Source of the DNA: Lachnoclostridium sp. UBA1781
GTDB lineage: Bacteria > Bacillota > Clostridia > Lachnospirales > Lachnospiraceae
Reading direction: 5' to 3'
Assembly (NCBI GenBank): GCA_002315495.1
Contig: DCGJ01000018.1
Coordinates: 1 to 47,581 of the forward strand
DNA length: 47,581 bases
Shown here piece after piece: positions 10,701-20,430 of the stretch (within the stretch, counting starts at the first letter, position 1; each line of letters begins with the position of its first letter). The translations under genes and the position numbers were made by a program. Under the pieces are notes generated by a model. It saw only the letters and a list, made by a program, of their open reading frames with translations, did no database searches and had not been told where the DNA came from.

Positions 10701-11585
10701 ATTTGGATTCTCCTTCAGCTTTCCGGAAACAGTTGGCGTTGTCAGTTTTGGAGGATACTCCTGCATCACCTTTTGACGACTCTCAAAAGTCTTCGAGTTA
10801 AGAGCAGGTGCTAACGCATCATACAAAGCCTCTGCGTGGTCATAAAACTTCTTCAGTTCAGAATCCGCTGTTGCGTCCATAATTCGCTTATATTCGTTAC
10901 CCACATACTGAAGCTGTTTCTCGGAAATCTCCATTACCCGTTGGATAATCGGATTCTCATCAAAATGCTCTCCAAAATCAAGTTTTTCACCAAACTCCCG
11001 AATGAACTGCTCCGGCCATGGTGCGGAATCCGCATACTTATAAATCTTCTTTACCATCGCCATGACGGTCTCATCATTGCGATTGCTATAGGAACGCAGC
11101 AGATCCTGATAAGCAGTCCCATAGGACGTGTGAAACTCTTCAAAAACCTCTTCAATGGCTTCCTGCCATAAAAGAGCAAGCTCAGTCTCGTCGCCTATAC
11201 GAAAGCTTGGATCAAGTCCTTCAATACGCTCAAAATTCCCCTTAACAATCGTCTGACAGAAGCTGTCAATCGTTGTAATATTTGCATATGACAAGCGATT
11301 CATCTGCGATAGCAGATTCGTATCGTTTGGTCGCTCTTCCAGAAGTTCGCTAAAGCGTCGATAGAGTTTGTCTTTCATCTGCGATGCCGCATTTTTCGTA
11401 AATGTTACAACAAGAATGCGGTCAACATCCGTGATTTTTGATTCTCCGGTCACCTCTTTTTCAATTCGCTGGACAAGCGTTGCCGTTTTACCTGAACCTG
11501 CAGCTGCAGATACCAGAATATCGGAAACCTTGGCGTCAATTACCTTCTGCTGGTCTTCTGTCGGTTTGTAATTACTCATCGCCAT
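7701..11585 (-). CDS. addA: ATP-dependent helicase/nuclease AddA
   Basis: 1294 aa. It has the UvrD/Rep helicase Walker A (AAAGSGKTATLVQRI), motifs DEYQDSN and VGDVKQSIYKFR, and the C-terminal RecB-type nuclease motif GIIDVFFEEEDGLVVLDYKTD. It overlaps the addB stop by 14 nt. The second ATG at 11579 has better SD spacing and may be the true start. Confidence 0.95.
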   Translation of the reverse strand: MAMSNYKPTEDQQKVIDAKVSDILVSAAAGSGKTATLVQRIEKEVTGESKITDVDRILVVTFTKNAASQMKDKLYRRFSELLEERPNDTNLLSQMNRLSYANITTIDSFCQTIVKGNFERIEGLDPSFRIGDETELALLWQEAIEEVFEEFHTSYGTAYQDLLRSYSNRNDETVMAMVKKIYKYADSAPWPEQFIREFGEKLDFGEHFDENPIIQRVMEISEKQLQYVGNEYKRIMDATADSELKKFYDHAEALYDALAPALNSKTFESRQKVMQEYPPKLTTPTVSGKLKENPNACLAKEIRERVKKVVDGIRNDFFSKNETQIREELAVIQPVMKCLIDLTLAVSRKYHEVLQKNNVYGFSDIEHFALQILRTEDGEFTEVARRYAEEFDEIMIDEYQDSNDVQEWILQGVSHASVGGNNIFVVGDVKQSIYKFRMAKPELFIQKYNSYDTEEGSSKRKIMLSRNFRSHPPIVDFVNRVFEKIMISDVGHVEYDEPAKLVHGRVDEPVGDASRYKVEYHLVEGTGAALKDASVSAICERIKDLVDSDQQKDARTYRYSDIVILVRGMNDFARKLLAELQNHEIPSYAPAMDGYFNTPEISTVMNLLRILDNPLQDVPFASVLHSMLFQWSEEELAKLRVYLMKMVLREAQEKADELAGKSVAKAYRQANAKDYYLYEMVCELAKDMQADPVLHGKSKHFLEIFEELLDQKSKLKTGDFLEYIYQLTGFYRFCSVSKDGEIRIANLDALVQQARMFENGTFHGLSDFVNYIDKKIKYEVKIEDTASENTQDAVRIMTIHKSKGLEFPVVILPQLYKKFNMRDASGDVLLSEQYGIGPKVVRLDRRTKANSLFHSVIGRVIKEETLGEELRILYTALTRPQDKLILFGRLNGAAGSGESDDSTQTNSEVEEVTKERSEEGAKDSDLSQNAYPLPLVPSAELVHEPLSYSKVTACGCYQDWIDSAIVASVGEDEVLNSELEFCVHRTDSVMEETTDESKEDSLDLLEIGTTETLTARNRQSLSEQLEMVTLCPEKEALLEKYEAFSYPYAAEEEVPVKFSVSELKLAAMDSENATETSTVTFSSEQAAKARRIPEFLRKENLASEKETDAEKVKQASGTDVLATERGTIIHRVMELHDFTKIMSLEEVTEEMNEQVRRNLLDERAIRIISPEKAKKFYDSEIGLRMHKAASCGRLYKEQPFVMSLQAREINSSKYVTDAPVLIQGIIDVFFEEEDGLVVLDYKTDQVQKVIGEDYLKEHYQEQLRLYATAMERATGKTVKEQIIYSFALKKSISL

Positions 11586-14500
11586 GTTCTCCTTCCTGTT
11601 CTTCTGCGCAGCCCGTAATCTTATCTTCCATCAATTCGAAGATAGCCTCCGGTGTGCCATCCTTCTTAGGTCTTCCAAAAAATGCCCCCTGATTTACACG
11701 GCAGAAATTCTTATAACCGCAATAACTGCAATCTCCGTTATACGGGTAAACCATAATATCTCCGTCAAGGATATTGTGTGCCTGCACTTCCGAAAGATAA
11801 TCGGCATAATCGCACATAATGTTCATCTGGTCGGAAGAAATGCTTCGCGTTACCCTTCTGTCCCATCCTCCTGCTTTTGTAACACTGCCTCGAATAACTT
11901 CTGAACTATATCCCGGAGTAAGTGCACCGTTCGAATCAACACATCCCTCATCAAGACATCTTACGATATCGGAATCCTCTGCAAATAAACCGCTTGGAAT
12001 CGACTGCTTGGTACGTTCCTTCTCCGGATTCTCCGTATCCTTCACAATCGGATCGTCCACATGCATATAAAATGCTGCAGCAGGGGCAGCCCCGTACTTT
12101 GATACCGCATATTTCAGATAAACCGGAAGCTGTAACTGCATACCGTCATAAACGCTTGCAGGGTCCAAAGAATGACCGGAGGATTTGTAATCGACAACCT
12201 TCACTAGTTTTCTTTCATTTCCCTGTGCGATATCCACACGGTCAATTTTTCCACGGAAATCCATATAATCCGTTTGTTTACGAAACTGCTCCTCAAAGGA
12301 AATCGGTGCAAAATGTCCGGCCAATATGTGCTTTCGAATCATTCGGAAGGTATGCTTCACGTCATCCCGAACAAGCTCCATCTGGAAATGAAAGCGGGAA
12401 TTATCTTTGAAAAATGCGAATTTTTCAGCAGTTTTCTCCTCGATGACACGGTCTACCATGGAGTCCATTTCCTCTTCGGAGAGCCCCTCATAAACCTCTC
12501 TAACGCCGGAAAAACCTTCTTCCCTGACACGTAGTTTTATCTCGGAAAGTAAAACCTGAAGTACTTCATGGGACAAATTGCCGTGGTCCAAAAACGAAAC
12601 TCCGTATTCCGGTCGTTCCTCCAATTTAAGACCATATTTCGCGAACTGTAGGAACGGACACTTTGCATAGTCCTCCAGTCGGGTAACCGAGCCGGCAAGT
12701 TCTTCTCCGTAAAGCTCGCATGCAACCTCCTTTGAGAGATAGGTCTGTCCTATTTCGTAGGTATATCCCGAGACAAATGCTTCCCCTTCATGTACCAGAT
12801 CGTATTGGTTCTCGGCTTCATCTACGGGCTGAAGCTTACGTTTCAAAAGCCCGAGCGCCTCTTCATTGCCTTCCGTTTGATTCTCCTCACTTCGATATTT
12901 ACGAAGTCCTTCCATCAGGAAGCTTTCTCCTCCGTCAAACGCAACGGAATCCTCATACGTAGTCTCCGGGACCGTCTCCACCAATAGATTGGAAAACAGC
13001 CTCTGAACCTGATATAAAACGGTCGACGGACGTAATTCTTTTCCGTCCTCTCCGGCTCTCGGATAGGTAAGATACAGCTTCTCGGTTGGCTTTCCCAGGG
13101 CAAGATACAGATAGAATTCTTCCGTAAAATGCGCATTTTCAATGGTGTCCGCCATCTCAACACCCTGCTCTAAAAGGGTTCTTCTCTCCTGGTCGGTAAA
13201 CAAGCCGGAGGAATGATGGATACCCGGAACAACTCCTTCGTTCATTCCGATAAAGAACAAAACACGAACTCCTTCGACACGCGAACGCTTCACATCACCT
13301 ACAACAACGGTGTCCTGCTGTGGCGGAATAATCCCCAGCTTCATCTCCTCTAAACCTGCATCCAAGGTTTCTGCGAATTCTTCAGCGGTAAGCACTTCCT
13401 CTCCCAAAATGGAAGCCATCTGATTGATTACCATGACAAGTGCCTCATAAACCTGAGTACATTCTTTTTGTTTTCGAAGCGCCCATCCGTCTCCGCGATT
13501 TCCGAACTCTTCCGCGAGTTTATCTGCCTTGTCCTCCAATCCACGTTCCAGCATGAAGTCATACATAGCCTTCAATATGCCAAGTGTATTCTGTTTTCCT
13601 GTAAATGCTTCCCGAAGGCCTCGAAGCTCCTCGCAAATGCGTCCCATCACTTCAGATACGGTCGTTAGATCCTGATTATGAGAACTCTTTGGCATCTTTT
13701 TTAACTCACCGCAAAATCTGTGATATCCGCGAATTCCGGTTCCAACCAGATAGTTGTCCACGAGTGATGCCTCGCGAATCGAGATATCGGAAAGTGGATT
13801 CTTCATATACTGGCAAACGGCCTCTCTTGAAAAGTCCGTTTTAAGCACACGAAGAGCAGCCCGAAGATAGTCCACCACCGGGTTCATAAGGGCATTTTCC
13901 TTATAATCGATATAATACGGGATGTCCGCCTTTCGACAGGCCGAAATCAGCTCCGTCTGATACCCCTCCACGTCTCCGCAAAGAATCCCGATATCTTTAT
14001 ACCGAAACCCCTGTTCAACAACCATCTTTTTAATCTGTGTAACGCAAAAACTTACCTCCTGACGACGATTCTTTGCACTGAAAATCTGAATATCCTTCGT
14101 CTTCAGATCTTTTTTCGAAATCACAGTCGAACGGAAAATGCTCTTCGTCAGATGTTCCATCTGCTCCGACTTAGAGCAATATTCGGTAAAAATCGGCTCT
14201 TCCACCGTGATTCCATTCTGCTTGCAAATCTGAGTAAGTGCCTTCACCGTCTTATGACTCATCTGGAACAGATTCGGACGCTCCGAATCGAACCCTTGCT
14301 CATACTCCTTGCGACTCATCGTAATCGTAACATAGCAATCGCCGGCCTTTCGAAAAATAGCCTCCATCAAGGCCAGCTGACACGGGGTAAACCCGGTATA
14401 ACCATCGAAATAAAACGTTTTTCCGCTAAGCAGTTCAGACTCTTCCACGAGCGGAATCATCTGAAGTAAAACTTCCTCCTCCGTAATCTGTCCGTCCCCG

Positions 14501-15000
14501 AGATATTCACGAAACAACGTATATACCTTGCAGATATCCTCTAGTTTTTTCTTTAAAATCGGATCTGTAATCCGTTCCTTTGCATTCGCCAAATGCTCTT
14601 CTGTAACCGCATACTGCCCCATTTCAGAAATAATAGAGCGTACCTGTCCGACGAAGCCCTGCTTCCGTTCCTTTCCACGATAAATCGAAAGGTCCTTGGC
14701 ATGTCTGCGAAGCAATAATTTTAAAATCATTCCCTTACCGGCATCCAAAAGAACATCCGGGATTCTCTCCCCCAGCTCTGCTGTCAGCAAATAACGTAAC
14801 CGCTGAAAGCTGGTGATATTGCTAAGCATAATGCAATGCCCGGGCGTTCTTGCACAAAGGTCCCGCTCAGCCTGAAGGTTCGATTGTTCCGGCACAAGAA
14901 GATACGACTGTTCCCCCTTACGAATCCCGTTCAAAACAGCGTCATACACATAACTTGTCTTTCCGCTACCGTCTTCCCCGATGATAAAATGTAAACCCAT
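11572..15000 (-). CDS. addB: ATP-dependent helicase/nuclease AddB (Fe-S cluster type)
   Basis: 1142 aa. N-terminal P-loop is GEDGSGKTS. The C-terminal nuclease motif is KVVDYKSS. The cysteines are arranged as expected for the AddB 4Fe-4S cluster (CPFLQF ... CSYCGYKNFC). It lies immediately upstream of addA. Confidence 0.95.
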   Translation of the reverse strand: MGLHFIIGEDGSGKTSYVYDAVLNGIRKGEQSYLLVPEQSNLQAERDLCARTPGHCIMLSNITSFQRLRYLLTAELGERIPDVLLDAGKGMILKLLLRRHAKDLSIYRGKERKQGFVGQVRSIISEMGQYAVTEEHLANAKERITDPILKKKLEDICKVYTLFREYLGDGQITEEEVLLQMIPLVEESELLSGKTFYFDGYTGFTPCQLALMEAIFRKAGDCYVTITMSRKEYEQGFDSERPNLFQMSHKTVKALTQICKQNGITVEEPIFTEYCSKSEQMEHLTKSIFRSTVISKKDLKTKDIQIFSAKNRRQEVSFCVTQIKKMVVEQGFRYKDIGILCGDVEGYQTELISACRKADIPYYIDYKENALMNPVVDYLRAALRVLKTDFSREAVCQYMKNPLSDISIREASLVDNYLVGTGIRGYHRFCGELKKMPKSSHNQDLTTVSEVMGRICEELRGLREAFTGKQNTLGILKAMYDFMLERGLEDKADKLAEEFGNRGDGWALRKQKECTQVYEALVMVINQMASILGEEVLTAEEFAETLDAGLEEMKLGIIPPQQDTVVVGDVKRSRVEGVRVLFFIGMNEGVVPGIHHSSGLFTDQERRTLLEQGVEMADTIENAHFTEEFYLYLALGKPTEKLYLTYPRAGEDGKELRPSTVLYQVQRLFSNLLVETVPETTYEDSVAFDGGESFLMEGLRKYRSEENQTEGNEEALGLLKRKLQPVDEAENQYDLVHEGEAFVSGYTYEIGQTYLSKEVACELYGEELAGSVTRLEDYAKCPFLQFAKYGLKLEERPEYGVSFLDHGNLSHEVLQVLLSEIKLRVREEGFSGVREVYEGLSEEEMDSMVDRVIEEKTAEKFAFFKDNSRFHFQMELVRDDVKHTFRMIRKHILAGHFAPISFEEQFRKQTDYMDFRGKIDRVDIAQGNERKLVKVVDYKSSGHSLDPASVYDGMQLQLPVYLKYAVSKYGAAPAAAFYMHVDDPIVKDTENPEKERTKQSIPSGLFAEDSDIVRCLDEGCVDSNGALTPGYSSEVIRGSVTKAGGWDRRVTRSISSDQMNIMCDYADYLSEVQAHNILDGDIMVYPYNGDCSYCGYKNFCRVNQGAFFGRPKKDGTPEAIFELMEDKITGCAEEQEGEHGDE

Positions 15001-15104
15001 ATGAATGAAATCCTTCCCTCAATTCTTTAAAAAACGACAATATTCCGACTGTCAATCTTATCCTATCACATTCCTAGTCCCATTTATGACCCACTGGTCG
15101 CAAA

Positions 15105-15130
15105 ATGAAAAAAAGGAGAAAAATCTCCTT
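15105..15130 (-). terminator. Intrinsic terminator of the 6S-like RNA
   Basis: On the minus strand, AAGGAGA-TTTT-TCTCCTT is followed by TTTTTTC. Confidence 0.7.
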
Positions 15131-15322
15131 GTTTTATACTCCCAGAGTGCCGGCTCCTGTACTTTGACTCCTAGCACCAGCTAGGTGGGTAACCGCAGAG
15201 AAAGCTTCTGCCTTCCACTCGAAGGAGGCCTGACATCCACTTCTCGATATAGGAATCCCTGTTTAAAGTTGTAGGTTCAAAATAACAGAAGGTATCGCAC
15301 ACCCCAGGAGAACTATCTTATT
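15105..15322 (-). ncRNA. ssrS: Candidate 6S RNA (ends approximate)
   Basis: A non-coding 218-nt unit lies between a near-consensus promoter and an intrinsic terminator. By eye it folds as a long interrupted closing stem (CUCCUGGGGUGUGC...GCACUCUGGGAG plus CCUUCUG/CAGGAG). It has a large central bubble whose 5' side contains UUAUUUUGAACC, resembling the B. subtilis 6S UUUUUGAACCC. A perfect 6-bp hairpin sits on the 3' side of the bubble (CCUAGC-UGGU-GCUAGG). An internal stem (GAGAAG/UUUCUC) and an apical hairpin (GCCUCC-UUCGAGU-GGAAGGC) complete it. This was not checked with a covariance model. Confidence 0.55.
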
Positions 15323-15328
15323 AGAATT

Positions 15329-15357
15329 ATTATACCCAATAACAGGGCAATGTTCAA
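15329..15357 (-). promoter_or_regulatory. Sigma-A promoter of the 6S-like RNA
   Basis: On the minus strand, TTGAAC (15357-15352), a 17-nt spacer, then TATAAT (15334-15329). Confidence 0.6.
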
Positions 15358-15466
15358 GTATCTCACACCAGAAAAAGTTCGGATGTATTTGCGTAATAAT
15401 CAGTCAATTTAAAAAGATTTTTTGCCATATATATGTCCCCATTACAGAGCGGTAACCAAGATGGAT

Positions 15467-15495
15467 TTGCGGATAAAATGGGAACTCTATATAAT
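15467..15495 (+). promoter_or_regulatory. Sigma-A-like promoter of the PBP1-GGDEF gene
   Basis: TTGCGG (15467-15472), a 17-nt spacer, then TATAAT (15490-15495), about 55 nt upstream of the ATG at 15550. Confidence 0.5.
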
Positions 15496-15549
15496 AACAC
15501 TAGGAAAATAGTATGAATGGTTAACCTATCAAACCAAAGGAGAAAAACT

Positions 15550-17406
15550 ATGCTTTACGGCTATCGAATTGCGGCTGTTTGTGTAACCCGCATTTACGAT
15601 GAAAAAAAGAAAAACTTTCTTGAAAGCCTTAATAACACCCTGACAGAACATGGATGGCGGTGCTTTTTTTACACGACCGATACCGATATGGGGACCGAAA
15701 CATTAACGGATCTTGGCGAACAGCAAATCTTCGATTTAATTGATTATGAGCTTATCGATGCCGTCATCTTCTACTCCAATTCAGTTACCTGTAGAAACTC
15801 CCGCGTTCTGCTAAAAAACAAGGCCGAAGCTGCCGGAAAACCGTTCATCCAGGTTGACGAAGAAGACCCTACCTGCTACAACGTTCTTTTTGATTATCGT
15901 GGGGGCTTCCGCCAGGTTGTGGAGCATGTAGTGGACTTTCACGGCGTAAAGAACATTCATTTTATTGCCGGCTTTGAAAACAATCCCTATTCCGACGATC
16001 GAAAAGCCATTGTTTCGGAAGTGCTGGAAAAACATGGTGTCACCTTCACAGAAGAAATGGTTAGTTACGGTAACTTCTGGTCCGGACCTGCCGAAGAGGC
16101 CGTTGACCGTTTGGTTTCGAAGGATGCCGTTCCGGGAGCTATCATTTGCGCAAATGATACGATGGCCATCGCCGTCTGCTCCCGCCTTTATCAGCACGGT
16201 TATCACGTACCCGATGATGTTATCGTAACGGGATTTGACGGCATAGATGCGATTCGTTACTATACACCGCGTACCACGTCCTGTACGTGTGACGCTACTC
16301 TACTCGGAGAAGAAACCGCACACGTGGTGATGGATATCGTGGATGGAAATGAGGTCCCAAAAACTACGTATGTAATGCCATCTTTGATTATTTCGGAATC
16401 CTGTGGCTGCAAGCCAATCGGACAAACGGATTGTATCGATTTCGTGAATATCCAGCAAAACACCCTAGAACGCTATCACGGAGAGGACCGCGTATTGGCC
16501 CATCTTTCCTCTTCGCTTCAGATTTCGAAGGACCTGGAGCATTTAACAAAGCAAATGCTCCATCCAAACTTTTACGATATGTTCTGTATCGTGAAGAAGG
16601 AGGTGTTGGACCCTAACCTGAATCCAATGCGAATCCAGTCACGGAGCACCTATGGGAAGGATTTATACCTACTTGCAGATACCAAACGTGGTTTGGAGGT
16701 CGGGAACCGAAACATGGTAATTACCGACATCATTCCCAATATGGAAAAGCATCTTCAAACACCGGTGCCACTCATTTTCATCGGTCTAAACTATCTGAAT
16801 ATTCCACTCGGATATTGTTGCTTTAATTTCAATGATTTTGACCGACAGAATTATTTGAAAATCGGACAGATTGCCAATATGCTGAACACGGCTATCGGCG
16901 GTTATCGAAACATGCGATACCAGCAGCATTTGCAGATGATTATTGAGGATCGATATCGTTTTGATGCACTTACCGGTCTTCATAACAGAAACAGTTTTCT
17001 TCGGAAATTTGCAGATTTCTATTCCGAACGAACCTCAAAGATTACGATTGTTATGGCGGACCTCGATAATCTGAAATACATCAACGATTCCTTTACTCAC
17101 AGTAACGGAGACATTGCTATTTCCGTTGTTGCGGATGCGATTCGAGAAGCATGTAAGGGAGGCCTCTGCTGTCGTTACGGCGGTGATGAAATTGTTGGGT
17201 TAATGAACACGGAAACCGATCCCGACGAGCTTCGCAACAAGATTAACAGTTATATCTCAAGCTTTAACGAAACCGCCAACAAACCATACCAGGTAAGTGC
17301 CAGTCTCGGAATCTTTCAGACAGACATATCCAATTTTGATACGATGTTTCACCAGGCGGATATGTTAATGTATGACGAGAAAAACAGAAAAAAACTCGGA
17401 TTATAG
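15550..17406 (+). CDS. Cytoplasmic LacI/PBP1-type sugar-binding domain fused to a GGDEF domain (putative diguanylate cyclase, motif GGDEI)
   Basis: The N-terminal ~290 aa carry the LacI-family ligand-domain signature ICANDTMAIAVCSRLYQHGYHVPDDVIVTGFDGID. There is no HTH, signal peptide or TM segment. The C-terminus reads DALTGLHNRNSF...MADLDNLKYINDSFTHSNGD...CCRYGGDEIVGL (GGDEI at 17179-17193). The start is set at the ATG at 15550 (AAGGAG SD, 7-nt spacing) instead of the track start at 15517. Confidence 0.85.
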   Translation: MLYGYRIAAVCVTRIYDEKKKNFLESLNNTLTEHGWRCFFYTTDTDMGTETLTDLGEQQIFDLIDYELIDAVIFYSNSVTCRNSRVLLKNKAEAAGKPFIQVDEEDPTCYNVLFDYRGGFRQVVEHVVDFHGVKNIHFIAGFENNPYSDDRKAIVSEVLEKHGVTFTEEMVSYGNFWSGPAEEAVDRLVSKDAVPGAIICANDTMAIAVCSRLYQHGYHVPDDVIVTGFDGIDAIRYYTPRTTSCTCDATLLGEETAHVVMDIVDGNEVPKTTYVMPSLIISESCGCKPIGQTDCIDFVNIQQNTLERYHGEDRVLAHLSSSLQISKDLEHLTKQMLHPNFYDMFCIVKKEVLDPNLNPMRIQSRSTYGKDLYLLADTKRGLEVGNRNMVITDIIPNMEKHLQTPVPLIFIGLNYLNIPLGYCCFNFNDFDRQNYLKIGQIANMLNTAIGGYRNMRYQQHLQMIIEDRYRFDALTGLHNRNSFLRKFADFYSERTSKITIVMADLDNLKYINDSFTHSNGDIAISVVADAIREACKGGLCCRYGGDEIVGLMNTETDPDELRNKINSYISSFNETANKPYQVSASLGIFQTDISNFDTMFHQADMLMYDEKNRKKLGL

Positions 17407-17446
17407 ACGCAGCCACACTTTTTCAAGATTAGACGCGTACAACAAA

Positions 17447-17477
17447 GGGACATCGAAACGATGTCCCTCTTATTTTG
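17447..17477 (+). terminator. Intrinsic terminator between convergent genes (probably bidirectional)
   Basis: GGGACATCG-AAA-CGATGTCCC is followed by TCTTATTTTG. On the minus strand the same hairpin is followed by TTTGTTGT. Confidence 0.7.
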
Positions 17478-17480
17478 CAT

Positions 17481-18329
17481 TTATTCAGTTGTACTCTCGG
17501 TCGTTTCGGTACCGGCTTCACCGGTTGTACCCGGGACTTCCTCTCCTGTTGTTAGCGGTGCTTCCGTCGTCACCGCCGGAGCCTCTGTAACAATGGAGGA
17601 GGTATCTGTCGTACCACTGGTAATGTTATAGCTCTTTCCGTTCATTGCAAGCTTAACATTCGCCTTGAACTCGGTCCATGCATCCTTATCCAGCACAAAC
17701 ATACGCGGACAAAGCATGGAGGTCAATTCCTGATGAAGCTTAACGCCGTCAATCTTGATTTCCTTCTCGTTGCAAAGATATGCCACGAGCGTAACAAGAG
17801 AGGTGTAGGTAGCTTCACTCATGGTTCCGTCGGCACCACTTTCACAGTACTCAATGGAAATCGCTTCCTTGTTATACTTCTTCGTAGAGCAGGTAGCCTC
17901 TGTAATTGGAACCAACTGCAAAATCTCGCCGTCCAAACCAATCACAAAATGCACGGAAGCCATCTCAGAGCCTTCTGCACCGCTACCGGTCTTATCCTTC
18001 AGAGATTCATAATAATCTCTTCTGTCCTGCGCACCAATGCCTGCAACACCTGTGGAATGAATTACAATCATCGTCGGCTCGATGGTATAAGTCGGACCTG
18101 GTCGTGAATTTTGATTGACTGTCAGCAAACTTTGCGTAACCGTAATCTTTCCAACCTTTTCCAGTAAACCATCATCCGTTTTTACGAAAATCATGGTAAT
18201 AACTTTAATGATTAACAGTAAAATCAGCACAAGGATCAATGCAAAGCCGGTTAAAATGCCGTACTTTATCAGTTTTCTCTTAAGACGCTTACGTCTCTTC
18301 CACTGTGCCTTTGTTAACTTAGTAGCCAT
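17481..18329 (-). CDS. Membrane-anchored N-acetylmuramoyl-L-alanine amidase (Amidase_2/PGRP-like) with a Thr-rich C-terminal tail
   Basis: It has a basic N-terminus and one TM segment (GILTGFALILVLILLLIIKVI). IVIHSTG...VHFVIGLDGEILQLVP...AISIEYCE resembles Amidase_2. The H-x7-C spacing in KLHQELTSMLCP matches the T7-lysozyme His122/Cys130 zinc ligands. The tail is TTEAPLTTGEEVPGTTGEAGTETTESTTE. Confidence 0.65.
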   Translation of the reverse strand: MATKLTKAQWKRRKRLKRKLIKYGILTGFALILVLILLLIIKVITMIFVKTDDGLLEKVGKITVTQSLLTVNQNSRPGPTYTIEPTMIVIHSTGVAGIGAQDRRDYYESLKDKTGSGAEGSEMASVHFVIGLDGEILQLVPITEATCSTKKYNKEAISIEYCESGADGTMSEATYTSLVTLVAYLCNEKEIKIDGVKLHQELTSMLCPRMFVLDKDAWTEFKANVKLAMNGKSYNITSGTTDTSSIVTEAPAVTTEAPLTTGEEVPGTTGEAGTETTESTTE

Positions 18330-18367
18330 AAACTTAACTCCCTATTCTCCTGCCATCAAATCCCAAT

Positions 18368-19837
<1,470 letters not shown>

Positions 19838-19882
19838 CTAAATAACTTTTTATGAAACTAACGCACGAGGCGCATTTTCCGA

Positions 19883-20395
19883 TTAATATTCGTTCACTTT
19901 ACGTGGACTCTTTTGCTTCATCATCGCAACAAAGGTCTCATCCGGCTCGAACAAAATGCGCTCCACGCCCTTTGCACCTTTATTAATGATAACATAAACC
20001 TTATGTCCTTCGCCCTGTTCAAGCGAGGTATAATCAATGGTGGTCAACTTCATATGCTTATAACCATCAAGCGCATGTGAATTCTCCGGTGCAACAACCT
20101 CAACGGTTTCCAAATCGCAACGATGTGCATGCTTTCTTGCTTCACCGCCCAAAATCTTATCGAAGTCAATCTGGCCGTCGCAGAATACGTATTCATATGT
20201 CACCTTGAATCTTCCGCTAATCGAATAAAACACATAGCCGAGAACTAGTGCTGCAATAAGAAAATAAGGAATCACAAACAAAGCCAAAAATACAAAAATA
20301 GCAATTAAAGCACAAATCGCTGCCTTAATCATGTTCCCCTTCATCGTATTGCGACGTTTACACAGACACTCGTAATAATTACCATCCACTCTCAT
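19883..20395 (-). CDS. Hypothetical small membrane protein
   Basis: 170 aa. It has an N-terminal hydrophobic hairpin (IKAAICALIAIFVFLALFVIPYFLIAALVLGYVFY) followed by a soluble domain. A plausible AAAGGGG SD is present. No catalytic motif was recognised. Confidence 0.6.
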   Translation of the reverse strand: MRVDGNYYECLCKRRNTMKGNMIKAAICALIAIFVFLALFVIPYFLIAALVLGYVFYSISGRFKVTYEYVFCDGQIDFDKILGGEARKHAHRCDLETVEVVAPENSHALDGYKHMKLTTIDYTSLEQGEGHKVYVIINKGAKGVERILFEPDETFVAMMKQKSPRKVNEY

Positions 20396-20411
20396 AAGAA
20401 ACCCCTTTCAC

Positions 20412-20430
20412 GAAAATGCGGTGCATTTTC
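20412..20430 (-). terminator. Short hairpin at the stop of the Cys-rich protein gene (weak terminator candidate)
   Basis: GAAAATGC-3 nt-GCATTTTC. There is no separate U-tract beyond the stem. Confidence 0.3.
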
